Source: Promethearchaeota archaeon
Lineage (GTDB): Archaea > Asgardarchaeota > Lokiarchaeia > Sigyniarchaeales > SOKP01
Reading direction: 5' to 3'
Assembly (NCBI GenBank): GCA_019057865.1
Contig: JAHLWP010000017.1
Span: 16,713-80,712 of the forward strand
DNA: 64,000 nt
Part shown: in pieces, positions 21,912 through 32,090 of the stretch
Numbering within the stretch: the first letter of the stretch is position 1
Layout of the letters: each line of letters opens with the position of its first letter
Notes under the pieces: generated by a model
The model's input: the letters and a program-made list of their open reading frames with translations, nothing else
The model's database searches: none
Told to the model about the DNA's origin: nothing
Made by a program: the position numbers and the translations under genes

Positions 21912-22979
21912 ATGTCAGATGATCATGAAAATCATGAAGAAGAAGATAAATCCATAGTTGATGCATTATCGACATTAGGCTGGGTGGAGGAAAAAGAAGA
22001 AGAGGAGGGATCACCTCTAGGAACAGAAGACAATCTCATGGAACAACTTAATCTCTTCATGAATGAAAATAAGAAACTAACTGAAGATTTAAATGAAAAA
22101 AATAAAACCATAAAAGAATTAAAGACAAACGTACAAGAACTCACCCAAAAGATTGAAGATAATGCAACTCAAGGTCAAGCCATTCAAAAACTTTATGAAA
22201 CAATTGAAGATAAAAATGATGAGATTGAAAAATTAAATAAAATTAAAACTGATCAAATAGAAAAAATTAAGGATTTTACTTCTCAAATTGAAACGATTAA
22301 TTCTGAACAAACTCAAAATCAGGATTTATTAGAACAACTACAGGAAAAGGAAAATAAAATTAAAGATTTAAAAGAACAACTTCAATATCTTGAAACTGAT
22401 ACCATACAAAAATCTAAGTTTGAAAAAGCTGAAGTTCTTTTAGAAAGAAAAGATGAAATAATAACAGAAAAAGAAAAAGCTATCTTTGACATTGAAAATT
22501 CGTTAAAATCTGCTAATCAAAAAATTCATGATCTAAAACGGCAACTTGAAACTTTTTCTTTATTGAAGAAAGATTTAGAGAAAAAAGATGAACGAATTAA
22601 ACAATTAGTAGTAGAAATTGAAGAATTGAAACAAAAAAATATAACTAATTCAGCGCTTATAAGTCGGCTTGAAGAACGATTAGAAGAAGCTCAAGAAAAA
22701 TCGGGTCATATAACTGGTAAGTTTGAAGTAGAATTAGCTCATATGAGGAATATAATTGATGGAAAAGACTCAGAAATTAAAGAATTAAAAGAAAAAGCAT
22801 TTGGGATGGAAAATAAATTAAGTGAAACAGAAAAAATAGAGGAAAAATTATTATCTGACATTCAGGATATTAAAGATGACAAATTAAAATTAGAGTCTGA
22901 ATTAGAAAAGAAAGATCAAGAATTAGTAGAATTAAAGAAAAAAATTAAACTAATGCGAAGAGATTTATCAAAATCGTAA
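21912..22979 (+). CDS. Long coiled-coil protein
   Basis: Acidic N-terminus, E/K/L heptad-rich body; GGTGA RBS. Confidence 0.85.
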   Translation: MSDDHENHEEEDKSIVDALSTLGWVEEKEEEEGSPLGTEDNLMEQLNLFMNENKKLTEDLNEKNKTIKELKTNVQELTQKIEDNATQGQAIQKLYETIEDKNDEIEKLNKIKTDQIEKIKDFTSQIETINSEQTQNQDLLEQLQEKENKIKDLKEQLQYLETDTIQKSKFEKAEVLLERKDEIITEKEKAIFDIENSLKSANQKIHDLKRQLETFSLLKKDLEKKDERIKQLVVEIEELKQKNITNSALISRLEERLEEAQEKSGHITGKFEVELAHMRNIIDGKDSEIKELKEKAFGMENKLSETEKIEEKLLSDIQDIKDDKLKLESELEKKDQELVELKKKIKLMRRDLSKS

Positions 22980-23021
22980 TTATTCTTGATGCTCTTCATT
23001 CTTTTAAAAAATTAAAGAAAC

Positions 23022-23163
23022 TCAAAATAAATTTTTTGAGTTATGCAAATATTATTGAGGGTACTGTGATTGTGAGATTATTTTTAATGCAAAATCTCGG
23101 TTATTAAAATATTGAATCTATTTTCCTAAATATTTCACATATTAAGCTTTTTTTAAAAAAGAT
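23022..23163 (+). repeat. Junction copy A: pseudogenised 3' end of the DUF2695 gene plus core
   Basis: 23022-23093 matches 32573-32644 at 66/72 by manual count (GGA>TGA stop); similarity continues to TAAGCTTTTTTTAAAAAAGAT. Confidence 0.85.
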
Positions 23164-23439
23164 GAACCGCACTATTTGGTATCAGTGGAGTATGATAAAA
23201 ATCTTAGAATCTACTTCTTTTCTATAAGTGGTCTGCTATTAAGAGGAGAGAATTTTGTAATAACTCTCAAATTAAGGAAGAAGATTAAAAAAAATACAGT
23301 GAAAGAGTACAGCATTCCATAAATTCTTCAAAACCAAGATAAACAGTTTGATATTTATCAAACTATAGTAAAAATATTTAAATATAAGAGAATTATAAAT
23401 TTAGATAAGGCAAAATGAATTAATATAATTAGGGAAAAA

Positions 23440-23808
23440 ATGATAATACCAGAAATATGTTTAGCCTGCAAATGGGCAATTGGAAATGATTGTCGCTATG
23501 ATAATGATTGCTGGAGTCTTTCTCCAAGTATCACCTGTTTTGAGCCTAAGTTTGATTCCTCATATTCTAATCCAAGAAATTTTCTAAACCAATGGCTAAT
23601 AGTAGAAACTATCATGGAAAATTTGGCAAAAGTAATAACTAAAAAAAATTCAATTGATTATCAATTAAAGACTCAACTAAAAGCCATTATAGAACATTAT
23701 TATGCTGTAAAAAAACTTAAAAAATTATATAAAGCACTCCAAAAAGATTTTGAAAAATACTCTCATATTTTTAACAAAAGCCTTAAGATTCTAACATTGG
23801 AAGACTAG
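23440..23808 (+). CDS. Hypothetical protein with Cys-rich N-terminus
   Basis: CLACKW..C....C....C.FEP pattern; island-located. Confidence 0.6.
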   Translation: MIIPEICLACKWAIGNDCRYDNDCWSLSPSITCFEPKFDSSYSNPRNFLNQWLIVETIMENLAKVITKKNSIDYQLKTQLKAIIEHYYAVKKLKKLYKALQKDFEKYSHIFNKSLKILTLED

Positions 23809-23937
23809 AAAAAAATAAAGGAATTACACCCTTAACCATTATTAATTGTAGAAGAAAATTAAAAAAAGACTTATATAATCAAGAACAGCAAATTTTTATA
23901 GAAGAAAAGAAAAGAATTCCGAAATGAAATAGAAAAA

Positions 23938-24189
23938 ATGTTTGATTACTTCGTAGAAATCGGCATTCTTGAAGAAGCAGAAGAAAATGGGGAATCCATA
24001 TTTCGAATAAAAGATCCCGAAGTCATATCTTTTAACCAAGTTGAACTAATAGAATTTCTAAATCAAAAAAGGTTGGATGCCATCATGAACAAGTGCCAAG
24101 AAGCCAATGATAAACGCATTGAGGAGTTTAAAAAGGATCCTAACATTACCTTTCATGAGCCATCAGTAAGTAAAAAAAGAAAACAATAA
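23938..24189 (+). CDS. Hypothetical protein (possibly 5'-truncated)
   Basis: 83-aa ORF, coding-like composition. Confidence 0.5.
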   Translation: MFDYFVEIGILEEAEENGESIFRIKDPEVISFNQVELIEFLNQKRLDAIMNKCQEANDKRIEEFKKDPNITFHEPSVSKKRKQ

Positions 24190-24204
24190 TATTTCACTTT
24201 GCAA

Positions 24205-24486
24205 TCAATAAGTACTGTGAAAATCTCCTTCACATACCTTATTTTCTTCACGCTTTAATTTTTTCAATAATTCATAATAGTTAGGAGTGGGATATTCCTC
24301 TAGGATTTTTGACCTATTTATGAGTATAGATCTAATAGCTTCCCTATTAGGCACATTCTTCATTATTAATAAGTGAGTAGTGGGAATGTAATGCTTAAAA
24401 TCCCAACCATTATCCAAAATAAATTGTACATAAAAGGGGTGGCTCAATGGTAATTCTTGATTAAAAGTGACAAGTAAAAACCACAA
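24205..24486 (-). CDS. Hypothetical protein
   Basis: 93-aa ORF downstream of the TFB fragment, same strand. Confidence 0.45.
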   Translation of the reverse strand: MWFLLVTFNQELPLSHPFYVQFILDNGWDFKHYIPTTHLLIMKNVPNREAIRSILINRSKILEEYPTPNYYELLKKLKREENKVCEGDFHSTY

Positions 24487-24524
24487 AATTTACTAATAAC
24501 TCAAGTTTGTAATGTTAGATATTT

Positions 24525-25035
24525 CTAATGCTCCCGTATCCGTGCTCGTATGGTAGCGTCAGTGAGTTCCGATACCTTTCCCAGTTCTACCTGTGTAATC
24601 TTTATATTATTCTTTCTATACACTAAATAAATTGAAGCTGCCGCATACCCACAAGGATTCTTCCCATTAATAACAGAGGAAGGTAGGTTTTTCTGTATAA
24701 ACTGGATAGCCAAGTGTTCCACATACGATTCCAATCCAAGTTCGGATACAAATTTCGGAATGTAGTCAACAGGATCTTTTTGATAAGAGCTTAAGCCCAA
24801 CTTTTTTACTATAAGAGTAAAGCACTTTTTAATATGCTTAAAGGAATTAGTGGCATTATTTTTAATAGGACTCGTATTTTCTGCTATTTCCTTAAGAGTA
24901 ATCGGATACCTTTCCTTCTTACAACAATAATATAGACAGGCAGACGCTATGCCGAGTATACTTCTTCCTCTCATCAACTTTTTCTTAAGCACCTGTAAAT
25001 ATAATCGTGCTGCCGAATTATAGATAGTGTCGCTA
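24525..25035 (-). pseudogene. TFB/TFIIB core fragment lacking the N-terminal Zn ribbon
   Basis: SAARLYLQVLKKKLMRGRSILGIASACLY, GKNPCGYAAASIY, ITQVELGKVSELTDATIRAR; upstream frame closed by a stop, no Zn ribbon. Confidence 0.7.
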
Positions 25036-25143
25036 CTACACCAGAAGATGATCTTAGATTCAAATTTTGCATAAATATAGCTCTAAATCATTTATATTAT
25101 ATTTTTACTAAAGGATAGCTTTAAATGTAAAAATAACTTCAAG

Positions 25144-27606
25144 ATGCATAATCCAAAATCAAAAAAAAAGAAGATTTTTATGAGACTACATTTAAATAAA
25201 GTTATTACAATCTTAATACTATTCCTTTTATGTGCAAATATTATCATTCCAATGTCTACCTTTCTAGATAATAATAGATCAATCTTTTTGACGGATCATT
25301 CGCAATCCTACTCAAATATCAGTAACGGTTCTGGAGCTCTAACTTTAAAGGTTGGTGCAGCTTCTGGCCCTCGTGATCTTGATCCGATCAATTCATGGGA
25401 TAGTTTTTCAAATGATGTGATTGAACAAGTAGCAGAAGGTCTATTTTCTTACAATTATTCTGATGTTAACTTACCCCGAATAAATTTACTCGCCCAAAGT
25501 TATTGGTGGGAAAATAATGTGACCCTTCGAGTACAATTAAGGCAAGGCATTCAATTCCACGATGGTACTTCATTTAATGCCACAGCTGCTAAATGGAACT
25601 TCGATAGGATAAATTATTTTATAAACGCTACAGGAACCCTTCCAGGAACTGTTCCGATTGCTCAAACGGAATCATTATGGAGGCTACCAAATGGCGAACC
25701 GATTATCAATAATACCGCGACTGTTGGTGATTATAATATTACCATCACTTTGAATGGTGTCTTTTCACCTTTCTTAGATTTACTATGCTATACAAATGCT
25801 TATATGCTTTCCCCAACCTCAACTCCGGCTACGGACTGGATAGTTCTTACAACAGGAGACTTGGTTGGAACCGGTCCTTTTACGTATGTTTCTTATACAC
25901 CAGATGTAGAAGTGAGATTTACACGATTTGATAATTATTGGAGAGGACCAGCATATTTCTATACCTTGATTTTTGTTATCATCGAAGATGCAACAGCCCG
26001 AAGTAATGCTATGCTAACTGGAATGATTGATTACGTATTTAGGCCTTTACCTTCTCTATATGATATTTTTGAAGCAAATACTACCATTACAGTAAAAAGG
26101 TTTACCGAAGAAACTGGAAAGGCCAGCTTGATTTACCACTACCTTGGTATTAACAATCATAGAATTAACAAGACTATGAGACAGGCTATGGCTTGGGCTT
26201 TTCCTTACGATTATATGCTTGAGGTAATGTTAGAAGGATTTTTAGGAATACGAGCTTATTCACCAATTTCTCCTGGTTTCGGGCCAATTTATAATGAATC
26301 TGTTAATTATCCTTACTTTGATTTAGCGAAGGCAAGGCAAATATTACTTGATGCCGGAGTTGTTTCTGGTTTAACTGCAAATAATGATACTACCGGTCCC
26401 GTAGCAGATGCATGGAAAGCCGCTGGTATTGCCACCTATAACTATACCGCTAATATTGGTAATGCTTTTAGAGAAGGTCTGTTGGTGGTTCTCCAAGACG
26501 CTTTCAGCCAAATCGGTATTACAGTAACGGACAATCTAATGACTTGGTCAGAATTCCTTGACATCTTACTAAATCCAAGTAGACATGATGAATTAGAACT
26601 CTATTTCATAGGTTGGTTCCCTGATTATCTCGATCCTTGGAACATGTTAGATCCATTATTTAATCCTGCCTCAGCATCGAATTCTGCACAAGTGAATGAT
26701 CCATACCTAACCGCCTTGTTGCAAGCTATGCTAGAAGAACTTGACCCAGATGTTAAAAATGACCTGGTTAAACACGCTCAATGGTATTTTGCTGAAAATA
26801 GCTTCCACCTATATGCATATCACCCCACTATTACTGCTGTTCATGCTGCAAACTTGAAAGGAGTAGCTTATAACGCTATGGATAAATGGCAGGCATATCC
26901 TATCTATCGTGAGTTAGGACCTATACCCGGTCCTTTTACATTACTATCTACTGCAGAAGATCCGGATGAGGATGGTGAATTTGATTTAGTATGGTCAGAT
27001 GCTGAGGGTGCTGTGAACTATTCAATATATCAATATCATAATTTTATAACCGAAATTAATGGAAGTTTAATACCTTTAGCTACTGAAATTACTGATCTTA
27101 CAATACATTTAAGTGGATATGCTACAGGTACCTATTATTTTATTGTAGTTGCCCATAATGAGTATGGAGATACGCTTTCCAATTGTAAGGAGATAATAGT
27201 AGATCTTCCTCTTCCAGGCAATTTCATACTATTATCTAATGCGGGAGATCCTGATGATGACGGCGAATTTGATTTAGTATGGTCAGATGCTGAGGGTGCT
27301 GTGAACTATTCAGTATATCAATATCATAACTTTATAACCGAAATTAATGGAAGTTTAATACCATTAGCTACTGAAATTACTGATCTTACAATACCTTTAA
27401 GTGAATATACTAATGGAACTTATTATTTTGTTGTAGTTGCCCATAATGAGTATGGGGATACCCTTTCCAATTGTATTGAAGTAGAGGTCGCTATTCCTCC
27501 TACAAAGGGAGAACCAGAGATTCCAGGATACAATTTATTATTAATTGTTGCTGCTTTAGGTGCCACCATAACCCTGCTGCTTAAAAAAAAGCATAGCACA
27601 ATATAA
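25144..27606 (+). CDS. Family-5 ABC substrate-binding protein with two Ig/FN3-like repeats and a C-terminal sorting/anchor signal
   Basis: DLDPINSWD, FHDGTSFNATAAKWNFDR, VGTGPF, GWFPDYLDP; tail EIPGYN + TM helix + KKK. Confidence 0.92.
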   Translation: MHNPKSKKKKIFMRLHLNKVITILILFLLCANIIIPMSTFLDNNRSIFLTDHSQSYSNISNGSGALTLKVGAASGPRDLDPINSWDSFSNDVIEQVAEGLFSYNYSDVNLPRINLLAQSYWWENNVTLRVQLRQGIQFHDGTSFNATAAKWNFDRINYFINATGTLPGTVPIAQTESLWRLPNGEPIINNTATVGDYNITITLNGVFSPFLDLLCYTNAYMLSPTSTPATDWIVLTTGDLVGTGPFTYVSYTPDVEVRFTRFDNYWRGPAYFYTLIFVIIEDATARSNAMLTGMIDYVFRPLPSLYDIFEANTTITVKRFTEETGKASLIYHYLGINNHRINKTMRQAMAWAFPYDYMLEVMLEGFLGIRAYSPISPGFGPIYNESVNYPYFDLAKARQILLDAGVVSGLTANNDTTGPVADAWKAAGIATYNYTANIGNAFREGLLVVLQDAFSQIGITVTDNLMTWSEFLDILLNPSRHDELELYFIGWFPDYLDPWNMLDPLFNPASASNSAQVNDPYLTALLQAMLEELDPDVKNDLVKHAQWYFAENSFHLYAYHPTITAVHAANLKGVAYNAMDKWQAYPIYRELGPIPGPFTLLSTAEDPDEDGEFDLVWSDAEGAVNYSIYQYHNFITEINGSLIPLATEITDLTIHLSGYATGTYYFIVVAHNEYGDTLSNCKEIIVDLPLPGNFILLSNAGDPDDDGEFDLVWSDAEGAVNYSVYQYHNFITEINGSLIPLATEITDLTIPLSEYTNGTYYFVVVAHNEYGDTLSNCIEVEVAIPPTKGEPEIPGYNLLLIVAALGATITLLLKKKHSTI
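26927..27502 (+). repeat. Intragenic tandem duplication, 288-bp (96-aa) period
   Basis: GAATTTGATTTAGTATGGTCAGATGCTGAGGGTGCTGTGAACTATTCA at 26977 and 27265. Confidence 0.95.
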
Positions 27607-27720
27607 AAAATCTAAATTTTTTTTTTATTTTATCATATAAAAAGCTTTCTAACACGAGATAAAAAAATTATAATTAATATTTAATTATTCTACTTAACCT
27701 AAAATTATTATTTAAATATA

Positions 27721-27822
27721 ATGCCAGATAATAAAGTGCCTGAACCAGTTGATGGACTCAAATTCATAGACACGCATTGCCATTTACCTTTATTGTTGAA
27801 GAAGAGCAAAATATTGCTATAA
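27721..27822 (+). pseudogene. 5' stub of a TatD-family hydrolase gene
   Basis: MPDNKVPEPVDGLKFIDTHCHLP contains the TatD IDxHCHL motif, then unrelated sequence and a stop. Confidence 0.7.
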
Positions 27823-29051
27823 ATGATGAGACTTCTAGTAAAATCATCAATAAAAAAGAGAGCAGTCTACAAATCAATAAATTTGAAAGAATCATAATGG
27901 ATATTGGAATCCTTATTAAAGGAGGATATAAAATTGATTGAAAGGTAAATTCAGAATCCGATTTCAATGAAAATTCCTTTGGAAAAAACGAAGGAAAAGG
28001 TAAGAAGATTGAAAATTATTGGAGAATCGATATCTGGTATACCTGAACTACAATCAGGTGCAGAAGTTCCTGTTAGATTGATGCCAGAAGGTACACAATA
28101 TGAAAAGGGAGATATCATAGTATTTTATAGAGATGAAATAAAAATCATCCATCGAGTTGAGTATATCCAAGAATCTAAGGGAAAGATATTCTATGTTACT
28201 ACAGGATTAAATGCTGAAACCAATCAATATGTAGACAGTAGTCTTGTTTCCCAAGATGATGTTATTGGAAAGGTTGATCACTCGAAAGAGGCTTACCTAG
28301 AACTTAATGAAATGATAGCAAGAAGATATGTACCATTCATAATAGCTTATAGAATGACTCATAATTTAGAAGTTGAATTAACGAATTTTATGGAGAAGAA
28401 AGAAGCAGTATTACAAAACGCTTTAAATATAGTAATGAAGAAGGGTAAAAAAGAGGATTACAATTAATATCATCTAGAAATTCGAATAAGGAATTAACTT
28501 TTGAGGAATTTACATCAGCATATAAAGAAGCATGGATTAAAATGGGAAAATATGGAAATGCTAAATTAACATGGAAACATGTTGGTATTAACAATGATGG
28601 TTGTGGTAAAACATTTATAAACAGTTACAATAATCTTAGAGATAATATTAGTAATTGTCCAACATGCGATAGTCCATGGAAAAATCAAAACAAAACTCAT
28701 AAAATATTAGAAGTTCTATTCGGACAGGAGTTTGGAGAAGAAGTTTATTTAAGAGATATTAAAGAAATCATAGATAATATTGAAACCAATCCCAAATACA
28801 AAAAATATAGGAGACAAATGGATGTATTCCAGATGAGGTTAGATGATAATGCTAAATTGAATATTAAAGATAAAAATGGAAATTATATTAAGTTAGCAGT
28901 TGAATCTCAGGGATCTCAACATTACGAAAATGATAAAGGTTGGAAAGCAATCTTGTTTTTTACAATTTTGATGGTAAAGAAAGAATTAAAAATAATTTTA
29001 TCTAAATTTCTTAAAAAACAAAATGAATTATTGTTTTTCAACTCTCTTTAA
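27790..29051 (+). pseudogene. Disrupted gene: S26/S24 peptidase-like domain + Zn ribbon + PD-(D/E)XK-like nuclease
   Basis: GESISG...KGDIIVF...IIHRV...DDVIGKV, joined across an A6 run (28447-28452) to KRGLQLISS...CGKTF...CPTC...LAVESQGSQHY; upstream frame has a TGA and a shift. Confidence 0.6.
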
Positions 29052-29340
29052 AATTATATTATACTAAAAATAGTTGAATATAATAATTTCGATTGGCATT
29101 TTAATTTTAAAGCATAATGAGAAAAAAAATTAAATAAATATATTTTAGTTGCTGAAATTCAAAAGCTCAGAATTCCTTGCTCATTAGAATTTAGATCCGA
29201 AAAGTTTGTTTATTTTCTATATCCGTATGACATTAATGAGAGGATATGATTTCTCAAATCTAAATTAAACGATATTGATAACTATTTTAAAAATTATCAA
29301 AACAAACCCATAAAAAATGATCAAGTAATAAGTGATTCCT

Positions 29341-29466
29341 TCTTTCTAAATTGTATATATATTAAGCTTATTTTTAAAAAAGATAAAAATAAATAATTGA
29401 TTTTGATTTTCGGGGCTATTTCTCACGCCATTGGATATCACACTGACCACAGAGATATTTCTTTCC
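29341..29466 (-). repeat. Junction copy B: core plus variant 3' end of the gelsolin gene
   Basis: AGATAAAAATAAATAATTGATTT identical at 29381 and 32713; encodes GKKYLCGQCDIQWREK* versus gelsolin GKKYRCGLCSVEWREK*. Confidence 0.85.
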
Positions 29467-29750
29467 ATCTTTAATCAATATTCCTCTGGAAATAGTACTG
29501 TTGTTCTTGATCGATCTGCTTCTGTATATATAAGAATAAGATGAAATAATTCTTAAATCATGTTCTAATGAATAAAGATTCTCCTTAAAATCTTGCTCTG
29601 GAATCTCTCCAAAATCTCCCAATAAATGCCTTTTAAGGCAATTCATTACAAATTGACAAAAAGAGGGTTCTTTTTCTATTCTTTTATGTATTTGAAGAAT
29701 AAAAATAATTTTACCATAATCAAATAACTTTAGGTTTTCTATTTGTCTTA
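29416..29750 (-). pseudogene. Plasmid/ICE-type small protein fused to the gelsolin-tail remnant
   Basis: LFDYGKIIF...CLKRHLLGDFGEIPEQDFKEN...RIISSY resembles the RHxxGDWG mobile-element family; no canonical start for the extended frame. Confidence 0.5.
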
Positions 29751-29762
29751 AGTAATAACTTT

Positions 29763-30077
29763 TTAAAGCTCTCTCTTTCTTATAATAGGTTCTTTTTGTG
29801 GTAAAAGGTCGTATTCATCTAAGAGCATAGCATAATTTTGCATTTCTTCCTTACCAAAAAAATTTAAATAATCCTTATATTCTTGCTCTGTTTCAAAAGA
29901 TGGTGGTCTCTTGCGTCCAGAATAACATAAGGCAGAATCTATTATATGTCTCTTTAAATCTGCTTTTTCTCTTGTAAAGTGGCGTATGTCATATCTTCCT
30001 TTATAGATATTTCCATCTTCAAATTTAACTTCAAAAAAGGTCTTCAAATATCCATATTTATCTTCTTTGGTCAACAT
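29763..30077 (-). CDS. LPD25-like (polyvalent protein-associated) domain protein
   Basis: GYLKTFFEVKFEDGNIYKGRYDI resembles the GYxKT...DG..YxGRxD motif. Confidence 0.5.
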   Translation of the reverse strand: MLTKEDKYGYLKTFFEVKFEDGNIYKGRYDIRHFTREKADLKRHIIDSALCYSGRKRPPSFETEQEYKDYLNFFGKEEMQNYAMLLDEYDLLPQKEPIIRKREL

Positions 30078-30116
30078 TTGTGTTGTTATCTTTCAGTTAG
30101 CTCACCATATTTACAA

Positions 30117-30293
30117 TCAATAATTCAGATCATTATCACATCCAGAACAATGATAACATACCTCATATAACTCTTCCTCTGAAAGTTTCTCAAAGCAATC
30201 TCGACAAAAACAACAACAATCATCATACGATCCTTTATACTCCTCAAATTTTCCACATTCCTCACATTTTTCAACCCTAACTTTCCAAGACAT
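30117..30293 (-). CDS. Small Cys-rich protein (58 aa, different frame from track ORF 30125..30310)
   Basis: MSWKVRVEKCEECGK...CCCFCRDC...CYHCSGC, GGTGA RBS upstream. Confidence 0.55.
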   Translation of the reverse strand: MSWKVRVEKCEECGKFEEYKGSYDDCCCFCRDCFEKLSEEELYEVCYHCSGCDNDLNY

Positions 30294-30312
30294 ATATCAA
30301 ATCTCACCAATT

Positions 30313-30525
30313 TTACTTAATATCATAATAGGCTTCTTGTAAAAAGAAATCAGTATTTCTCTGAATATAATTATCTATTATCTCTGGAATTCTAATCTCC
30401 AAATTTTCAATAAGATCTTCGTAATCTACTCCTTTAACTTCGGCAAAATCTTTTATCTTTTCAGTAGGAATCTTAATAACAAAATTTACATTTACTCTAG
30501 AAGTATCATTCTTCTTCCCATTCAT
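30313..30525 (-). CDS. Small hypothetical protein, mobile-element cluster
   Basis: 70 aa, tightly packed with co-oriented neighbours. Confidence 0.6.
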   Translation of the reverse strand: MNGKKNDTSRVNVNFVIKIPTEKIKDFAEVKGVDYEDLIENLEIRIPEIIDNYIQRNTDFFLQEAYYDIK

Positions 30526-30527
30526 TC

Positions 30528-30692
30528 CTAATTATCCCTCTTCTTTCTCATTACTTTTACAATTTCAAAAGAATTACTAACATATTCTCTTGGTAATTCC
30601 ACATTTTCGGCTTCCATAATGGCTTCCTCTTCACTTTCTGCCTTAAAAGTATATTCCAAATTTATATTTATAATAACGGTAAATTTAGCCAT
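30528..30692 (-). CDS. Small virus/plasmid-type protein (54 aa, not in track)
   Basis: MAKFTVIININLEYTFKAESEEEAIMEAEN; the xAESEEEA motif is common in phage small proteins. Confidence 0.55.
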   Translation of the reverse strand: MAKFTVIININLEYTFKAESEEEAIMEAENVELPREYVSNSFEIVKVMRKKRDN

Positions 30693-30883
30693 TTAATCAT
30701 ACTCCGTACAACGCCAATTAGGATTAAATTTAACATCCGTATTTTTTACTATTTTTATTTTTTAGAAGATTTTAACCTAACTCCCATATATTGATGTTCA
30801 AAACGGTCTATAAATATGATTTTTAGAGGGAAGACTTAAAAAAAGAAACGACAAAAAAAAAAAAATAATTATTTTTTCATTTC

Positions 30884-31558
30884 TTAAAAAGGAAAATAAT
30901 AGATCCCGATGGTTATAAAAAATCCTACTATATAAGAACCAATAAAAAGAGTTAATCCTGAATAAATGAATTTGTAATCTGAATTTCTTGCTCCATGAAT
31001 AACAAACAGACCAAATGAAATACTTAATAATATATTGAAGAAAGATTGAAGAACTGCTATTAATTTTTGGAAATCTGTAGTACCTGGTTCAAGATGTAAC
31101 AAATATTTGAACATATGAGCAATTCCCCAGTTTAGAGTAATTAAACTCAATCCATAATAAATCAACCATAATATAGATGCTGCCAATAAATACAATCCAA
31201 ATGCTTCCTTATTAATACGTGAATACATAAAAAGTAAGAGACTGGCTACGAAAAGGGGAATAGTAGTGATTAGTCCTATAAATATAAAATAATTCACAAC
31301 CATAGTCCTTTCTTCCTCAGTTAGGTATACATAATAAAAACCTTCTGGCAAAAAAAGAGGTATAAATCCACAAATCATACCTAGTAATGCAAACACACTC
31401 AAACAATCAAGTTCATGAGAGCTTTCTCTATGTTCCTTAGCTGAAAGAAAGATAAATAAATATAAAATGAAGTTAATTATAGTACCTATAATCAGAGGTA
31501 ATCCTAAATGCATAAAATACTCGGGATCATATTGTAAATATTCAAATTTAAGAGTCAT
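30884..31558 (-). CDS. Multi-pass membrane protein
   Basis: About six hydrophobic segments. Confidence 0.75.
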   Translation of the reverse strand: MTLKFEYLQYDPEYFMHLGLPLIIGTIINFILYLFIFLSAKEHRESSHELDCLSVFALLGMICGFIPLFLPEGFYYVYLTEEERTMVVNYFIFIGLITTIPLFVASLLLFMYSRINKEAFGLYLLAASILWLIYYGLSLITLNWGIAHMFKYLLHLEPGTTDFQKLIAVLQSFFNILLSISFGLFVIHGARNSDYKFIYSGLTLFIGSYIVGFFITIGIYYFPF

Positions 31559-31669
31559 GATTATCTTCTTTTAATTAATTGAAGGGATTTCTTAGTTTAA
31601 TTTATTGAGTGATATAATAAAAAAAAATATATTAAGATTCCCCTAGGTTTTTTTTATTTTACTATTGTT

Positions 31670-32020
31670 ATATCCGTCTTTCAAGGAAATTCCCAATATA
31701 AGTTATCAGATGGTAGAACAGTGTTAGAATGGTGGAAGTATGGTAGTTCCATTGCAAGGAAGGTTCATTCATCAAAGATGTTTTCAGATAGATTAAAAAG
31801 TTTTAATGAGCGAATAGAGTATTTAGTTGATCATAATTATGATTATGAAGCTTGGTTGAATAAATTTTATAGTAATAATTCACCCGATTGGATTGCAAAA
31901 GGCAAGATTCAAATGGATCAATATCAGTGGATGGTGGACAAATTAAAACACTTGCGTTATTATGTTCACTTAGAGGATATTGATCTTGTAAGGGAGTTGT
32001 GGGGAATCTGGACACCATAA
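31670..32020 (+). pseudogene. Probable C-terminal fragment of a larger protein
   Basis: Frame is open upstream of the GTG (SVFQGNSQYKLSDGRTVLEWW) back into a T-tract with no RBS. Confidence 0.4.
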
Positions 32021-32090
32021 AATTTAAGGTCTCGATAAGATTATATATCTAAATTATTTTATTTATTTAGTTATCTGTTTTTTTATTGTT

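Noticed and set aside
23055-23060. In-frame TGA in the DUF2695 remnant as selenocysteine
   Set aside because: It aligns to Gly (GGA) in the intact copy, there is no SECIS, and the gene body is missing
26927-27502. Possible DGR template/variable repeat pair
   Set aside because: Differences are not adenine-specific, both copies are in-frame domains of one gene, and no reverse transcriptase is present
27936-27945. In-frame TGA upstream of the peptidase-like ORF as Sec
   Set aside because: No Cys/Sec motif context or SECIS; the region has other disruptions
30125-30310. Track ORF of 61 aa
   Set aside because: The overlapping frame 30117-30293 has an RBS, an ATG and Cys motifs, so it is the better gene
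32030-32055. Xer/dif-like site
   Set aside because: Only a partial half-site resemblance in AT-rich DNA, without proper 11-6-11 symmetry
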